A stretch of 64,000 nucleotides of DNA from Hoeflea sp. (GTDB lineage: Bacteria; Pseudomonadota; Alphaproteobacteria; Rhizobiales; Rhizobiaceae). Under the pieces are notes generated by a model. The model saw only the letters and a program-made list of their open reading frames with translations. It did not search any database and was not told where the DNA came from. The stretch spans positions 17,679 through 81,678 of the forward strand of contig NZ_JACIYP010000006.1 of assembly GCF_014359905.1 (NCBI RefSeq), in the 5' to 3' direction. This document shows, piece after piece, positions 20,760-31,523 of the stretch (position 1 is its first letter; each line of letters starts with the position of its first letter). The translations under genes were made by a program, and so were the position numbers.

Positions 20760-21926
20760 TCAACCGAATTCTCGGTAGAGTTCCCGCCCGATCAGCATGC
20801 GCCTGACCTCCGCCGTGCCCCCGCCGATTTCGAACAGCTTGGCGTCGCGCACCAGCCGTTGGGCGCTGAATTCGTTGCTGTATCCGTTCGCGCCGAGCGC
20901 CTGCATGGCCTGCAACGCGACTTGCGTCGCATTTTCAGCCGCGAACAGATAGACCGAGGCGGCGTCTTTGCGTGTCAGGCGCCCCCGGTCCGCCGCCGAC
21001 GCCGCGGCCCTCACATAGGCCCGCCCGGCATTCAGCTGCGTGTACATGTCGGCCATCTTTCCCTGCATCAACTGGAACTCGCCGATCGGCTGGCCGAACT
21101 GCTTGCGCTCATGCACATAGGGAAGGACGAGATCCATCGCCGCCTGCATGATGCCTATGCATTGCGCCGCGGCGATGACGCGCTCGTAATCGAGCCCGCC
21201 CATCAGGACGCTAACGCCGCCATTGACTTCGCCGATGACATTTTCCTCCGGCACTTCGCAATTCTCGAAAACGAGCTCCGCGGAACCCGAGGCTCGCATG
21301 CCGAAAAGATCGAGCTTGCGCCCGACGGTCATGCCTCCGAACGATTTCTCGACCAGGAATGTGGTGATGCCGCGTTTTCCTGCCGACGGATCGGACTTGG
21401 CGTAGACCATCACGAGATCGGCGTTGGCCGAATTGGTAATCCAGAGCTTGTTGCCATTCAGCACCCAGCGAGTACCCTTTTTCGTGGCCGTCGTTCGCAT
21501 ACCGACAAGGTCGGAGCCCGCCTCGGCCTCTGTCATCGCGATAGCCGCGATCATCTCTCCCGACAGCAGTTTGGGATAGTAGCGCCGGCGCTGGTCGTCG
21601 GTACCGTTCTTGCGCAGTTGATCCATAACCAGGCTGGAATGCACGCCGTAGGACATCGCGACGGCCGCGCTAACGCGCGCCATCTCTTCCAGGATGACGG
21701 TGTGGGCGCTGTAACCCAGTCCCAGCCCGCCTTCGGATTCCGGCACCATGACGCCCATGAATCCCATCTCGCCCAGTTTGGGCCAGAGATACTCGTGAAA
21801 ACGGTCCGCGCGGTCGTATTCATCGACCTGCGGCGCCAGCTCAGCCAGAGCGAAACTGCGCACGGCCGATCGCAATGCGGTGAACTCTTCGCTTTCGTTC
21901 AGGTCGAGCATAATAGTCATCGGCAA
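20760..21926 (-). CDS. Isovaleryl-CoA dehydrogenase-like acyl-CoA dehydrogenase
   Basis: SYGVHS, GNKLWITN, MGGLDYER, ERKQFGQPIGEFQLMQGK, EIGGGT. Confidence 0.9.
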   Translation of the reverse strand: MPMTIMLDLNESEEFTALRSAVRSFALAELAPQVDEYDRADRFHEYLWPKLGEMGFMGVMVPESEGGLGLGYSAHTVILEEMARVSAAVAMSYGVHSSLVMDQLRKNGTDDQRRRYYPKLLSGEMIAAIAMTEAEAGSDLVGMRTTATKKGTRWVLNGNKLWITNSANADLVMVYAKSDPSAGKRGITTFLVEKSFGGMTVGRKLDLFGMRASGSAELVFENCEVPEENVIGEVNGGVSVLMGGLDYERVIAAAQCIGIMQAAMDLVLPYVHERKQFGQPIGEFQLMQGKMADMYTQLNAGRAYVRAAASAADRGRLTRKDAASVYLFAAENATQVALQAMQALGANGYSNEFSAQRLVRDAKLFEIGGGTAEVRRMLIGRELYREFG

Positions 21927-22102
21927 CCCCGAGTTGGTGCAATGTGGTTAGAATTCGTGAGCTAAGGCACGCTAATACAGCCTCGCATTGGCTGGAGCGG
22001 CTCACGACCGAATTGAAGCCACCATTCAGGAGAACGGTTCAATCCAATCGTCAACAGTTCCAGTGGCGCCGGGAACCTGCTCGGTTCCCGGTGCCAGCCC
22101 CG

Positions 22103-23236
22103 TCACAGTCCGTAGGCGTTCTCGTCAACCTTGTTGTAGACTTCGCTCTTCAGAAGCTCGACCAGCGCCGCCTCGTCCTTGCGGTCGACATTCGACAGCA
22201 GGCCTTCCCAGCGCTTGTAGCCAGCCTCGAAGTTATCGATCAGCGATTGCGCCGTCGCCGCAGAAACACCGCGCCCCTTCGCTGAGCTGGCAGCAAGATT
22301 GGCGATATAGGACGTCTTGAAATCGGCGAATGCCTTTTTCAGGCTCTCGCCCGGCTCCACCTTGGCCAGGTTGCGCTCCCAGGAGCCTTCATACGCCGTC
22401 GCTTCCTGCCCGTCATAATCGAGCTGGCAGCGCACCATCGCCAAGGCCATTTGATCAAGCAGCCGGCGGCGCTGCGCCGGCGTAAGGGACCGCCAGCTGT
22501 TCTGGTTATAGGCCCACGCAGCACCTGATGTGTGCGTCCCCATCGGCAAGAGGGTAATCGTCTTGGCCACTTCCCACAGCTTGTAGCCGGTGCTGAGATT
22601 CGTGGCGTCCGTCATGACGCAGTCGATCGAGCCGCGTTCAAGGCCCGTGTAGACTTCCGTGATCGGCACGCTGACCGGTACGGCGCCAGTGAACTTCATG
22701 AATTCCACGTGGCTTCCGGCCGCGGTGCGCACCTTCAGACCCTTCAGATCGGCAACTTCATGCACCGTCGGGACGCAGGCAAAGATATAGGGCGGCGTGC
22801 TGTAGGCACCGCCATATATGACACCGTTGCCGTTCCATTCACCCTGGAGATGTTCATTGTTGAAACTCAGTTCCGCCAAGGCGAAGGCAGCGGCCATAGT
22901 ATCGGAAACGATGAGGGAAGCATCGTTCAGAACGTTGCTGAGAGGCAGGTCCGCCGGGGTGTAGGCTCCGATGATGCTGCCGACATCGGCCACGCCATCG
23001 CGCACACCGCTAAGGGTACCATTCGCCGGCAGGAGCGAACCGCCGATATACAGGTCGAACACCAGGTCTCCACCGCTGGCTTCCTCCACCGATTTGGTGA
23101 AATTGATGTAGTTGTCAATCGTCAGGATATGCGTGGGACTGGCCCACATGCTGGCCGTCAGCCGGGTTTCGGCCGTGGCAACGGACGTGCTCGCGAGCAG
23201 GCCCAGCGCGACAGCGATTCTCATCTTAAATTTCAT
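22103..23236 (-). CDS. TRAP substrate-binding protein (DctP family)
   Basis: Signal peptide; DLKGLKVRT; EVYTGLERGSID. Confidence 0.9.
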   Translation of the reverse strand: MKFKMRIAVALGLLASTSVATAETRLTASMWASPTHILTIDNYINFTKSVEEASGGDLVFDLYIGGSLLPANGTLSGVRDGVADVGSIIGAYTPADLPLSNVLNDASLIVSDTMAAAFALAELSFNNEHLQGEWNGNGVIYGGAYSTPPYIFACVPTVHEVADLKGLKVRTAAGSHVEFMKFTGAVPVSVPITEVYTGLERGSIDCVMTDATNLSTGYKLWEVAKTITLLPMGTHTSGAAWAYNQNSWRSLTPAQRRRLLDQMALAMVRCQLDYDGQEATAYEGSWERNLAKVEPGESLKKAFADFKTSYIANLAASSAKGRGVSAATAQSLIDNFEAGYKRWEGLLSNVDRKDEAALVELLKSEVYNKVDENAYGL

Positions 23237-23263
23237 TACTTCTACTCCTCCATTTGAGATTGG

Positions 23264-24574
23264 TCATTGCATGATCCCGGGCAACCAAAGACTGATTGCC
23301 GGAAAGATGATGAGAAGCGCGAGGGTCAAAAGATCGACTGCGATGAACCAGAGCGACCCTCTGAACATGACCGACAACGGAATCCGGTCCCCGAGCGAGC
23401 TCTTCATGACGAAGACATTCATGCCAAGCGGGGGGCTGATGAGGCCGATCTCGAGCAGCTTGATCAGAATGATGCCGAACCAAATCAGGTCGATATTGAG
23501 CGCCTGAAGCATCGGCAGCACGACCGGAATGGTTAGCAGGATCAACGAGATGCTCTCGATGAACATTCCCAGGATCAGAAACGAAACCCCGATCACGATG
23601 ATCAGCGATATCGGGCCCGCCGTGTATTGCAGCAAAACCGAGGAAAGGAAGTCCGGCAAGCCCGACAAGGCCATGAATGTCGAGAGCATGGAGGCGCCAA
23701 TCGCTATGATGAATATCGTTGCGGTCCCCGCGGCCGTGTCGATTGTTGCCCGGACGAATATCGCCCAGGTCATCTTCTGGCGCACCATCGCAATCAGGAT
23801 CGCGACGAACGCGCCCACCGCGCCCGCTTCTGTCGGCGTGAAAAACCCGGCGCCGATGCCGCCCAGAACCGCAGCTATCAATGCCGGCAACGGCCAGACA
23901 TCAAGGAGTGTGCGCCACTTCTCGGCCCAGCTGTAATTTTCGACCGAACGCGGCGCCAATTCGGGACTCGCCCAGCAGCGCACCGTGATCATCGCGATAT
24001 ACATCGCAGCCGACAGGATCCCCGGAAGGACGCCGGCGACGAATAGCGCGCTGATCGAGGCATCTGTGAAGATCCCGTAGAGGATCATCAAAATGGAAGG
24101 CGGTATCAGCGAACCCAGCGTGCCCGCCGCCGCGACGCAGCCGCAGGCCAATCCGGGCTGATAGCGCGCCTTCAACATCTCCGGTACGGCAATCCGGGAA
24201 AAGGCCGCCGCAGTCGCCACACTGGAGCCTGAAGCGGATGCGAAAAGCGCCGAGGCAATAACCGTCGAGGAAGCGAGGCCGCCAGGCACGCGTCCGAAGA
24301 ACATGCGCATGGCGGAGAACAGGCCCGATGTCAGCCGCGCTTGGCTCGCCACATACCCCATGAGCAAAAAGGTCGGAATGGCGGACAGGTTCCAGTCGGT
24401 GATAAAATTGAACGGAACGATGGTCAGGATGCTCCATGCCGCCTTGAAACTGGTAAGAGCGCAGATGCCAACAAACGAGACCAGCGCGAGCGCGACGCCG
24501 ATCGGCGTGCGAATGGCGATCAGAAACAGCGCGACGGCAATGCCGATAAGACCGATTTCAATGCGATCAGTCAT
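23264..24574 (-). CDS. TRAP large permease (DctM family)
   Basis: SGSSVATAA, GTLGSLIPPS, ISPPLGMN. Confidence 0.93.
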   Translation of the reverse strand: MTDRIEIGLIGIAVALFLIAIRTPIGVALALVSFVGICALTSFKAAWSILTIVPFNFITDWNLSAIPTFLLMGYVASQARLTSGLFSAMRMFFGRVPGGLASSTVIASALFASASGSSVATAAAFSRIAVPEMLKARYQPGLACGCVAAAGTLGSLIPPSILMILYGIFTDASISALFVAGVLPGILSAAMYIAMITVRCWASPELAPRSVENYSWAEKWRTLLDVWPLPALIAAVLGGIGAGFFTPTEAGAVGAFVAILIAMVRQKMTWAIFVRATIDTAAGTATIFIIAIGASMLSTFMALSGLPDFLSSVLLQYTAGPISLIIVIGVSFLILGMFIESISLILLTIPVVLPMLQALNIDLIWFGIILIKLLEIGLISPPLGMNVFVMKSSLGDRIPLSVMFRGSLWFIAVDLLTLALLIIFPAISLWLPGIMQ

Positions 24575-25107
24575 ACCAGACCATCCTCGATATCTTCGGT
24601 CGCCAGTTCCTGTTCATCGACAAGAACCGGACGTTCCAGAAGCGTTTCTGAAATTAGACGAACAATGACGATCAACGTCACAAGCGCGAAGCTGAGCGGC
24701 AAAGCGAACCGCGAGGGCCAGATAGCTACCTGATAGTAGCCCTGCACCATCTCGCCTTTCGCATAGGCGTTCAGCGCATGCCCCCCGCTGGCAAAGGTCA
24801 TCAGTCCAAAAAAGGCGATACAGGCGACTTCCACCAAGGCGTGCATCACCCGCTGAGCCCAGGCCGGCGCGATGTTGTAAAAAATATCGACGACGATGTT
24901 CTGGTTCTTCAGCTCGACAAAAGGCAGGGGAAGAAACACGACCGCAACCATATAATAAAACGCGACAACTTCCGTCGTCGCCGGCGCCGGCATCGAGAGC
25001 AGCTGCCGGCCAATCACATCCGCCACGACATGCAGCATCATGAGGCCAAGCACCGCCGCCGAAGCATATTCGAGCAGGCGCGCCACCTTCTTGATGAAAA
25101 AGATCAC
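24571..25107 (-). CDS. TRAP small permease (DctQ family)
   Basis: Four TM segments, DVIGR motif; ATGA overlap with dctM; GTG start inferred from GGGAGG. Confidence 0.85.
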   Translation of the reverse strand: MIFFIKKVARLLEYASAAVLGLMMLHVVADVIGRQLLSMPAPATTEVVAFYYMVAVVFLPLPFVELKNQNIVVDIFYNIAPAWAQRVMHALVEVACIAFFGLMTFASGGHALNAYAKGEMVQGYYQVAIWPSRFALPLSFALVTLIVIVRLISETLLERPVLVDEQELATEDIEDGLV

Positions 25108-25273
25108 GAACACCTCCCTATGATCGGGGAAAGATGCCGGATCGTTTCGGCGCGACGCGCCCGATGGAACAACAGACCGGTCACACGCCCCCCGCATATT
25201 CGATTGCCATACCTTACGGACATTGCCGTACACAGCAACGCCCGCGCGGACGCCGCCCGAATGACAAAACAAT

Positions 25274-25287
25274 AACATACGTTCGTT
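25274..25287. promoter_or_regulatory. Candidate TetR operator AACATACGTTCGTT upstream of TRAP-1
   Basis: 12/14 match to AACGAACGTTCGTT in an AT-rich promoter region. Confidence 0.5.
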
Positions 25288-25448
25288 TTTAAATAAAGCA
25301 TGATTTTTGCGACTCCAACAGCCGTTCTACCGGCGAACAACGCCGGCAAACGACAGCTTGAAACCCTTGTATTCCGGGTAGATCAGACGGTGTCACGGCG
25401 TGAGAATCACGCCACGAAGTGAAGCGGGAACGCGCGTTGAAGAACAGC

Positions 25449-26087
25449 CTATTGGTGCTTCAACAGCAACATGTTTCCGATAAGCTTTTCATAGGTATCG
25501 ACGATCAGCTCGACGCGCAACGCGCCACTGGGACGATACCATTCCGAGATGCTAGTGAGCATGTTAAGGATCGCCACGACCGTCACCGGCCGGCATGCAA
25601 CAGTGAAATCGCCAGAGGCGCATCCCTTTTCGACAATGTCGCCCAGGATGATCTCGAAACGCTTGCGTAGCGATCTCACCTCGTTATAGCCGGCTTTCGG
25701 CAGGCTCTTTAATTCGTTATGCGAGACATAGGCTTCCTTGCGCCGCTCGCAATGCCAGACAACCATCGTACGAACATAGATGCGAAGCCGCTCGACCGGA
25801 TTGCTTGTGCCTTCAATCGCCTCCTCGATGGTCGCGAGGAGATCGCTCATGATTTCGCAGATCACCTTGTAGAGAAATTCGTCCTTGCTCGAAAAGTAGT
25901 TGTAGAGCGATCCCACCTGGATACCGGATTCCTTGGCCAGCTTGCGCAGATTCATGCGCTCGAACCCGGTCTTGCATATTAGGTCGATGCCCTTGGTCCG
26001 AACCCTCGGCCAGGTCTTTTCGCGGCTGGATCCAACTGTCCTCATTGGACGCTCCCGTGGTTTCGACGCGCGGACACGCCGTTGCAT
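25449..26087 (-). CDS. TetR-family regulator (PaaR/KstR2-like)
   Basis: MNLRKLAKESGIQVGSLYNYFSSK HTH; ISEWYRPSG C-domain; start may be 26044. Confidence 0.88.
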   Translation of the reverse strand: MQRRVRASKPRERPMRTVGSSREKTWPRVRTKGIDLICKTGFERMNLRKLAKESGIQVGSLYNYFSSKDEFLYKVICEIMSDLLATIEEAIEGTSNPVERLRIYVRTMVVWHCERRKEAYVSHNELKSLPKAGYNEVRSLRKRFEIILGDIVEKGCASGDFTVACRPVTVVAILNMLTSISEWYRPSGALRVELIVDTYEKLIGNMLLLKHQ

Positions 26088-26225
26088 GTTACCGACTGGG
26101 CGGGTTCAACCGACCCGCACAAGTCCCGGTTTTGCCATCAGCGCCTCGTCAACCGTGATGGCATGACCGCAGGTCTAAACCGAGTGATCGAGTTTCGACA
26201 ACTGCCGTGAACACTGCAAGCCCGA

Positions 26226-27005
26226 TTACACGTGCAATCCACCATCGACGATCAGGGTCTGGCCCGTGATATAGCTCGCCCGGTCCGAAGCAAGAAATGC
26301 GACCGCCTCGGCGATCTCCGACGCCTCCCCGAAACGGCGGAGCGGAACGCGTTTACGCTGCGTTTCCCAGACTGCGGGATCGTGGATCTCGGTCTGCATC
26401 TTCGATCCCAGTCCCGCATTGATAATGCCCGGAGCAACGCAATTGGCGCGTATTCCGTAACGCCCCTCTTCCTTCGCGACAGCCCGCGTCATCATCTCCA
26501 CGGCGGCCTTGGGCACTGCGGAGAGCGCATCGCCCGACATGTAAAGATGCGTGGCGAACGTACCGATCGACACGATGCTAGCCCTGCCGCTGGCGCGCAA
26601 TGCCGGCAAGGCTGCACTGACGAGATGAATGAAGCCGAGCGACTCAACCTTGATCACCTGATCCCACTGTTCTGCCTGGGTGTCGAAGATGAATGGCTGA
26701 TCGATATTCACGCCGGACGCGTAAATCAGCGTAGATAGCCGTGAGAACGTCCCGTTCGCCTCGGCCATGCATCGCTGGATGGACGCCTCGTCGCACAGGT
26801 CCATCTGGCCGAGATGCACCTCCGCTGTTTCGCCCAGCTTTTCACGCAGAGATTCCACCGCCGTCCTTGAAGAGCGATAGGTTATAAATAGCCGATAACC
26901 GTCGTCCGCGAGCCTTTCGCAAATCGCTGAGCCGAGCGCGCCAGAACCGCCCACGACCAGAGCTGTCGGTTTCTCCGCGTCTTCCGCCAAGTCACTATTG
27001 CTCAT
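26226..27005 (-). CDS. SDR oxidoreductase (atypical)
   Basis: VGGSGALG; SAVPK in place of YxxxK; YITGQTLIVDGG. Confidence 0.85.
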   Translation of the reverse strand: MSNSDLAEDAEKPTALVVGGSGALGSAICERLADDGYRLFITYRSSRTAVESLREKLGETAEVHLGQMDLCDEASIQRCMAEANGTFSRLSTLIYASGVNIDQPFIFDTQAEQWDQVIKVESLGFIHLVSAALPALRASGRASIVSIGTFATHLYMSGDALSAVPKAAVEMMTRAVAKEEGRYGIRANCVAPGIINAGLGSKMQTEIHDPAVWETQRKRVPLRRFGEASEIAEAVAFLASDRASYITGQTLIVDGGLHV

Positions 27006-27139
27006 CGAGATTCTCCCTGGCTCTTAATCATGTGAACACCTCGATTTACTCCGCTTTCCGGCATTGACGGGACGATTTGAGGCATGTCGTCACGTTTGGC
27101 GGAGATTTTTGAACTGTTGGTATTGGCATTCCCTCCCCT

Positions 27140-27529
27140 TTGGCGTCCGGAACCTTGTCAGACAAACCCAGTCCCAGAGACCGCATGAACGACAGCCGGT
27201 CCTGAATGACGAACTCGGCCTGATCGTCGGAGAGGTTGTAAAGCGCCTGCAGCACCAGGATCTTGAACATCAGCACCGACGGGAAAGCAGGACGTCCGCC
27301 CTTCGATCCATCCGATCGCTTCAATGCCTTCGCCAGCGGCTTTTCAAACACGGGCCAGGGAATGATCCCGTTCAGCTTTTCCAGAGGATCACCCACGGCA
27401 CTCAGCCGCTCGTAACGTTCGTCCAAATCAAAGAACCCCGGCTGTCCCCGCATCATCCGCTCCCGGCAAATCACACAAGCCGGATTGAATCACGATTTGC
27501 CGAAAAGCGGGAGGTATTTCGAGGTCTCC
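27140..27529 (-). pseudogene. IS5-family left end and truncated transposase N-terminus
   Basis: MRGQPGFFDLDERY...GGRPAF...YNLSD...DRLSFM...VPDA, then unrelated sequence; no DDE core. Confidence 0.8.
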
Positions 27530-27673
27530 ATGTGCACTGAAAATGCATTTCGACATCCAACAAATAACGAGCGAAATCGCTGGTGTACTTCACTTCGCTG
27601 CGGATCGGCTATCTCACCCGTAACGAAGTACAGAAAACACCCTTGGGACTGTATAGTGCCTTCTAATCCGGGA

Positions 27674-28825
27674 TCAAAGCCCCATGGTCTTTGCGATGAC
27701 GGTCCTCTGTATTTCATTGGAGCCGCCGCCGATCGGGCCGATGCGGCAGTCGCGATAATGCATCTGCATTGCATGATCCATCATATATCCAGCTCCGCCC
27801 ATGATCTGCATACCGTGGTCGGCGATCCTGACATTGTTCTCTGTCGCGATGACCTTGGCCATTGCAGTCTCCTGGACTGGCCTGAGCCCATCATCCATCA
27901 TCTGGGCGACTTTATAGGTGATCAGACGGGCCTGTTCGGCCATGATCTGCATGTCCGCCATCTTGTGCGCGATTGCCTGAAATTTAGTGATCGGCTGGCC
28001 AAACTGTTTGCGTTCTAGAGCGTAACCCTTCACATAGTCGATGATCCTTTGGCAATTTCCGCAATGGGTGGCTGCGATAATAAGCCGTTCAAGGTTCAGA
28101 CCAAGCATCAGATTGTGCCATCCCTTGTTTTCCTCGCCCAGCATATGCCGCGCGGGAACCACGACATCCTGGAAAAACACCTCGTTCGTATGTACCGATC
28201 GCCGCCCCAGCTGGCGCAACGGGCGGATCGTGAGGCCTTCCTGTTTAGTATCGACGATGAACTGGGTCATCCCGCGATGCCCGGCGGAGGGGTCGGTTTT
28301 GGTCGCGACGACGAGATAATCGGCTACATGGGCACCGGTGGTGTAGACCTTACTGCCGTTGATTACCCATTCATTGCCACGCCGTTCGGCACGAGTCTGG
28401 ATCGCCGCGGCATCCGATCCTGCACCCGGCTCGGTCAGCGAAAAGGCCGTCTTGATCTCGCCCGAGATGATCCGCGGGATGAACTCTACCTTCTGCTCGT
28501 CGTTGCCGTAAAGCTTGATATGGCCGCCCCCCAGCGTCACCGTGGTCAGGTAGGCGGAGCTTATGCCGCTCCAGTGATAGGCGATGGTTTCGATGAAGAT
28601 CGCCAGATCGGCGTAGCTGGCGTTCATTCCGCCGTATTTCTCCTCAAACGGCAACGCCATCCATCCTTCGGCGGCGAGCGTTCGATATGCCTCGTGGGGA
28701 AACTCACCCGCTTCGTCGAGTTGCTGGACCTTTTCGTCCGGCAGAACGCGCTGCAATAGCCCCAGCACGCTTTCGCGCATCATCTTCTGCTCGTCGGTAA
28801 GTCCGTAATCAGGCATTCCATGCAT
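27674..28825 (-). CDS. Acyl-CoA dehydrogenase
   Basis: SLTEPGAGSD, GLNLER, MGGAGY, PIGGGS. Confidence 0.93.
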   Translation of the reverse strand: MHGMPDYGLTDEQKMMRESVLGLLQRVLPDEKVQQLDEAGEFPHEAYRTLAAEGWMALPFEEKYGGMNASYADLAIFIETIAYHWSGISSAYLTTVTLGGGHIKLYGNDEQKVEFIPRIISGEIKTAFSLTEPGAGSDAAAIQTRAERRGNEWVINGSKVYTTGAHVADYLVVATKTDPSAGHRGMTQFIVDTKQEGLTIRPLRQLGRRSVHTNEVFFQDVVVPARHMLGEENKGWHNLMLGLNLERLIIAATHCGNCQRIIDYVKGYALERKQFGQPITKFQAIAHKMADMQIMAEQARLITYKVAQMMDDGLRPVQETAMAKVIATENNVRIADHGMQIMGGAGYMMDHAMQMHYRDCRIGPIGGGSNEIQRTVIAKTMGL

Positions 28826-28897
28826 CTTGTATATTCCCTATTTGGAGAGGACTGATTCCCCGTCTAATCCCTCTAGCGGCGCAAGCGATTGCAGACA

Positions 28898-29350
28898 TCA
28901 ACCTGCCCCGACGTCCCTCATGCGGATCAATGTGATGAACCGTCCAGTCTGCACCAAATGACCCTTTTGGTTGATCAGGTTCATCTGGCGGACGAGAATG
29001 CCGCGGCCGACTTTAGATGTCGGCCGCATCTCTGCGACGGTCATTTCCAGATGCACCGTGTCGCCCGGATAAATCGGGGCGGTGAATTTCCACTGCATCT
29101 CCAGAAAGGCGATGGTGGAACCGTCAAACAAACCGGTGCGATTGCTCAGCCCAGTCGCGATCACAAGCCCCAAAGGGCCATGCGCAATCCGTCCACCGAA
29201 CTCGGTTTCCAAGGCAAACACCTCGTCCGTGTGCAGCGCGTTGTAGTCGCCCGAAATCCCCGAGAAGGCCACGATATCGGCTTCTGTGATGGTCCGGCGG
29301 GGGGTGATGAACTTATCACCGACCTCGAGATCTTCATAATACTTAGGCAT
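28898..29350 (-). CDS. MaoC-family hydratase
   Basis: RRTITEADI...SGDYNALHTD...FGGRIAHG. Confidence 0.9.
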   Translation of the reverse strand: MPKYYEDLEVGDKFITPRRTITEADIVAFSGISGDYNALHTDEVFALETEFGGRIAHGPLGLVIATGLSNRTGLFDGSTIAFLEMQWKFTAPIYPGDTVHLEMTVAEMRPTSKVGRGILVRQMNLINQKGHLVQTGRFITLIRMRDVGAG

Positions 29351-31523
29351 GGGTTCTGCCCTGAGCTTGTTCGTTTGCGGCGACATATGGGATAATAACC
29401 GCGTCGACGGCAATCGCGCCGTCGCCTCGCGCGAAGATCGGGTTCACGTCAAGCTCAGCTACCAAATCTTCAGCATCGGCTACAAATTCTGATATCCGCG
29501 CGATCTGGTTCGCCAATACGTCCAGATCGACCGCAGGCGTCCCACGATAGCCCCGCAACAACGCTGCGCCCTTCAATTCCGTCAGTTTGGCCACAACCTG
29601 ATCCGGAGCCACCGGCGCCAACGCAAACGCCAAGTCCTTCATCAATTCGACAAATACCCCGCCAAGTCCGAACATGAGAACCTGACCCAAGGCCGGCTCG
29701 TACTTCGCGCCGACAATGATCTCGACTCCCGGCGGTACCATTGCCTGCACGACCGCACCCTGCACCCTCGCATCCGGAAATGCTTCGCGCGTGCGTGCCA
29801 TGACCGAATCGAACGCTTCAGCAACTGCTTCAGGGTTTTCGAGACCCAAGATCACCAAGCCGGCATCGGTCTTGTGCAGGATGTCCGTAGACTCGACCTT
29901 GAGGACGACAGGAAAGCCGATTGCCTCTGCTGCCTGTACGGCCTCGAACCGGCTCGCTGCGAACCGGTCTTGGGTGGTCTCGACCCCATAGGCCCGCAGA
30001 ACAGATTTCGACTCGCGTTCACTGAGCGCTCTGCCGTCGCGGACTGCATCCTCCAACATTGGACGGACCACATCGAAGGCCTCGGGGGGCGACAGCCGCG
30101 CCATCGACCTTTCGAGACTCTTGACCCGCAGCGCCTCCCGCCATTTCCAGGCACGGATAGCTTCCATCGCGCGCGTCATCGACCGGAACAACACTACGTT
30201 CTCGTCATTTTCGTATATGCGCGCCGCCGGGCAATCCAGCGCCTCGTTCATCCAAGCCACAACTATGGGGATCGAGCTACCGCGCGCAGCCTCGCAGATC
30301 AGGTGGGCGCGCTGCTCGGCCACAATCTTCTGCGCATAAGGCACCGCGATCAGCAGCACAGCAAATCCCGGCTCATTGCACAGTGCTGCGATGCAGTCGC
30401 GAAACAGCGTCGGGTCGCCCTGCGCCGCTGCAGTGATATCCAGAGGGTTACCGACCATGCCGAAGCTGGGGACAAGAGCGCGCAGAGCGCTCTGGCATTG
30501 TTCCGACAGTTGCGGAAGATCCACCCCTGCATAATCCGCCTTATCCACCGCCATCACCGCCAGACCACCCGAGGTCGTCATCACCCCGAGCCCCCCCATA
30601 CCGGGCGGGGGTGCCTTGCGCAGGAACTGAGCGATTTCCGTCATCCCTTCGACGCTGTCCACGTGGATCAGGCCGGTTTCCTCGAACAAGGCCAGATAGG
30701 CCTCGATCGATCCGACCACCGCACCGGTATGTGAGCGGATCGCAGCATGGCTTTGATCAGACTGGCCGGTCTTGCAGATCACTATTGGCTTGTTTTTTTC
30801 CAGTGCCCGCCGGCCCAACTCGCGCAGGCGCGCCCCGGATTCCAGCCCTTCGAGAAAAGTAACGATCACTGACGTTCCGGGATCATCGAGCATGTAGTTC
30901 ATCAGATCGCAGGCATCGACATCGCAGGAATTGCCTACCGCAAAAAAATGACTGAACCCTATTCCCCGGTCCATTGCCTGAAGAATGCCGTAACCGATAC
31001 CGCCGCTCTGGGACACCAGCCCGACCGGACCATGCACCATCTCGCCGGGCGCAAGTCCGCCAATGAAATGCATAAGCGCGCCTGTGCCGAAATTCAGCAG
31101 ACCTGCGCAATTAGGGCCGGCAATGCGAAGTCCCGTGCTCCGGGAAATCTCGGCCAAGCGTGCTTGCGCGAGCGCACCCTCCTCGCCGGGCATCTCAGCA
31201 AAGCCCGAGGCGTAAATGATTACCCCTCCTACTCCTAGGTCAGCACAACTTTCCACCATCGACACGACCGCATCGCTGGCCACACAAAGTACCACGCAGT
31301 CCGGTACCTGTGGAATCGCATCTAGTGACGGATAGCAGGGCACCGCGTCGATCTGCTGGTACTTGGGATTTACCGCACAGACCCTGCCGCCGAAACTAGC
31401 GAGGTTATCCAACGTGCGCTTTCCGAAAGAGCCCGGTTTCGGCGAAGCGCCGACAACGGCAATGCTGTCAGGTTGCACCAGGCGGCGCAACTGTTCTTGG
31501 GTGTGAAGCGGGCGATCAGTCAT
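29343..31523 (-). CDS. ADP-forming acyl-CoA synthetase (acetate-CoA ligase family, fused)
   Basis: AVVGAS, GPNCAG, SQSGG, RSHTG phospho-His, HKTDAG, ELDVNP ATP-grasp. Confidence 0.9.
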   Translation of the reverse strand: MTDRPLHTQEQLRRLVQPDSIAVVGASPKPGSFGKRTLDNLASFGGRVCAVNPKYQQIDAVPCYPSLDAIPQVPDCVVLCVASDAVVSMVESCADLGVGGVIIYASGFAEMPGEEGALAQARLAEISRSTGLRIAGPNCAGLLNFGTGALMHFIGGLAPGEMVHGPVGLVSQSGGIGYGILQAMDRGIGFSHFFAVGNSCDVDACDLMNYMLDDPGTSVIVTFLEGLESGARLRELGRRALEKNKPIVICKTGQSDQSHAAIRSHTGAVVGSIEAYLALFEETGLIHVDSVEGMTEIAQFLRKAPPPGMGGLGVMTTSGGLAVMAVDKADYAGVDLPQLSEQCQSALRALVPSFGMVGNPLDITAAAQGDPTLFRDCIAALCNEPGFAVLLIAVPYAQKIVAEQRAHLICEAARGSSIPIVVAWMNEALDCPAARIYENDENVVLFRSMTRAMEAIRAWKWREALRVKSLERSMARLSPPEAFDVVRPMLEDAVRDGRALSERESKSVLRAYGVETTQDRFAASRFEAVQAAEAIGFPVVLKVESTDILHKTDAGLVILGLENPEAVAEAFDSVMARTREAFPDARVQGAVVQAMVPPGVEIIVGAKYEPALGQVLMFGLGGVFVELMKDLAFALAPVAPDQVVAKLTELKGAALLRGYRGTPAVDLDVLANQIARISEFVADAEDLVAELDVNPIFARGDGAIAVDAVIIPYVAANEQAQGRTHA

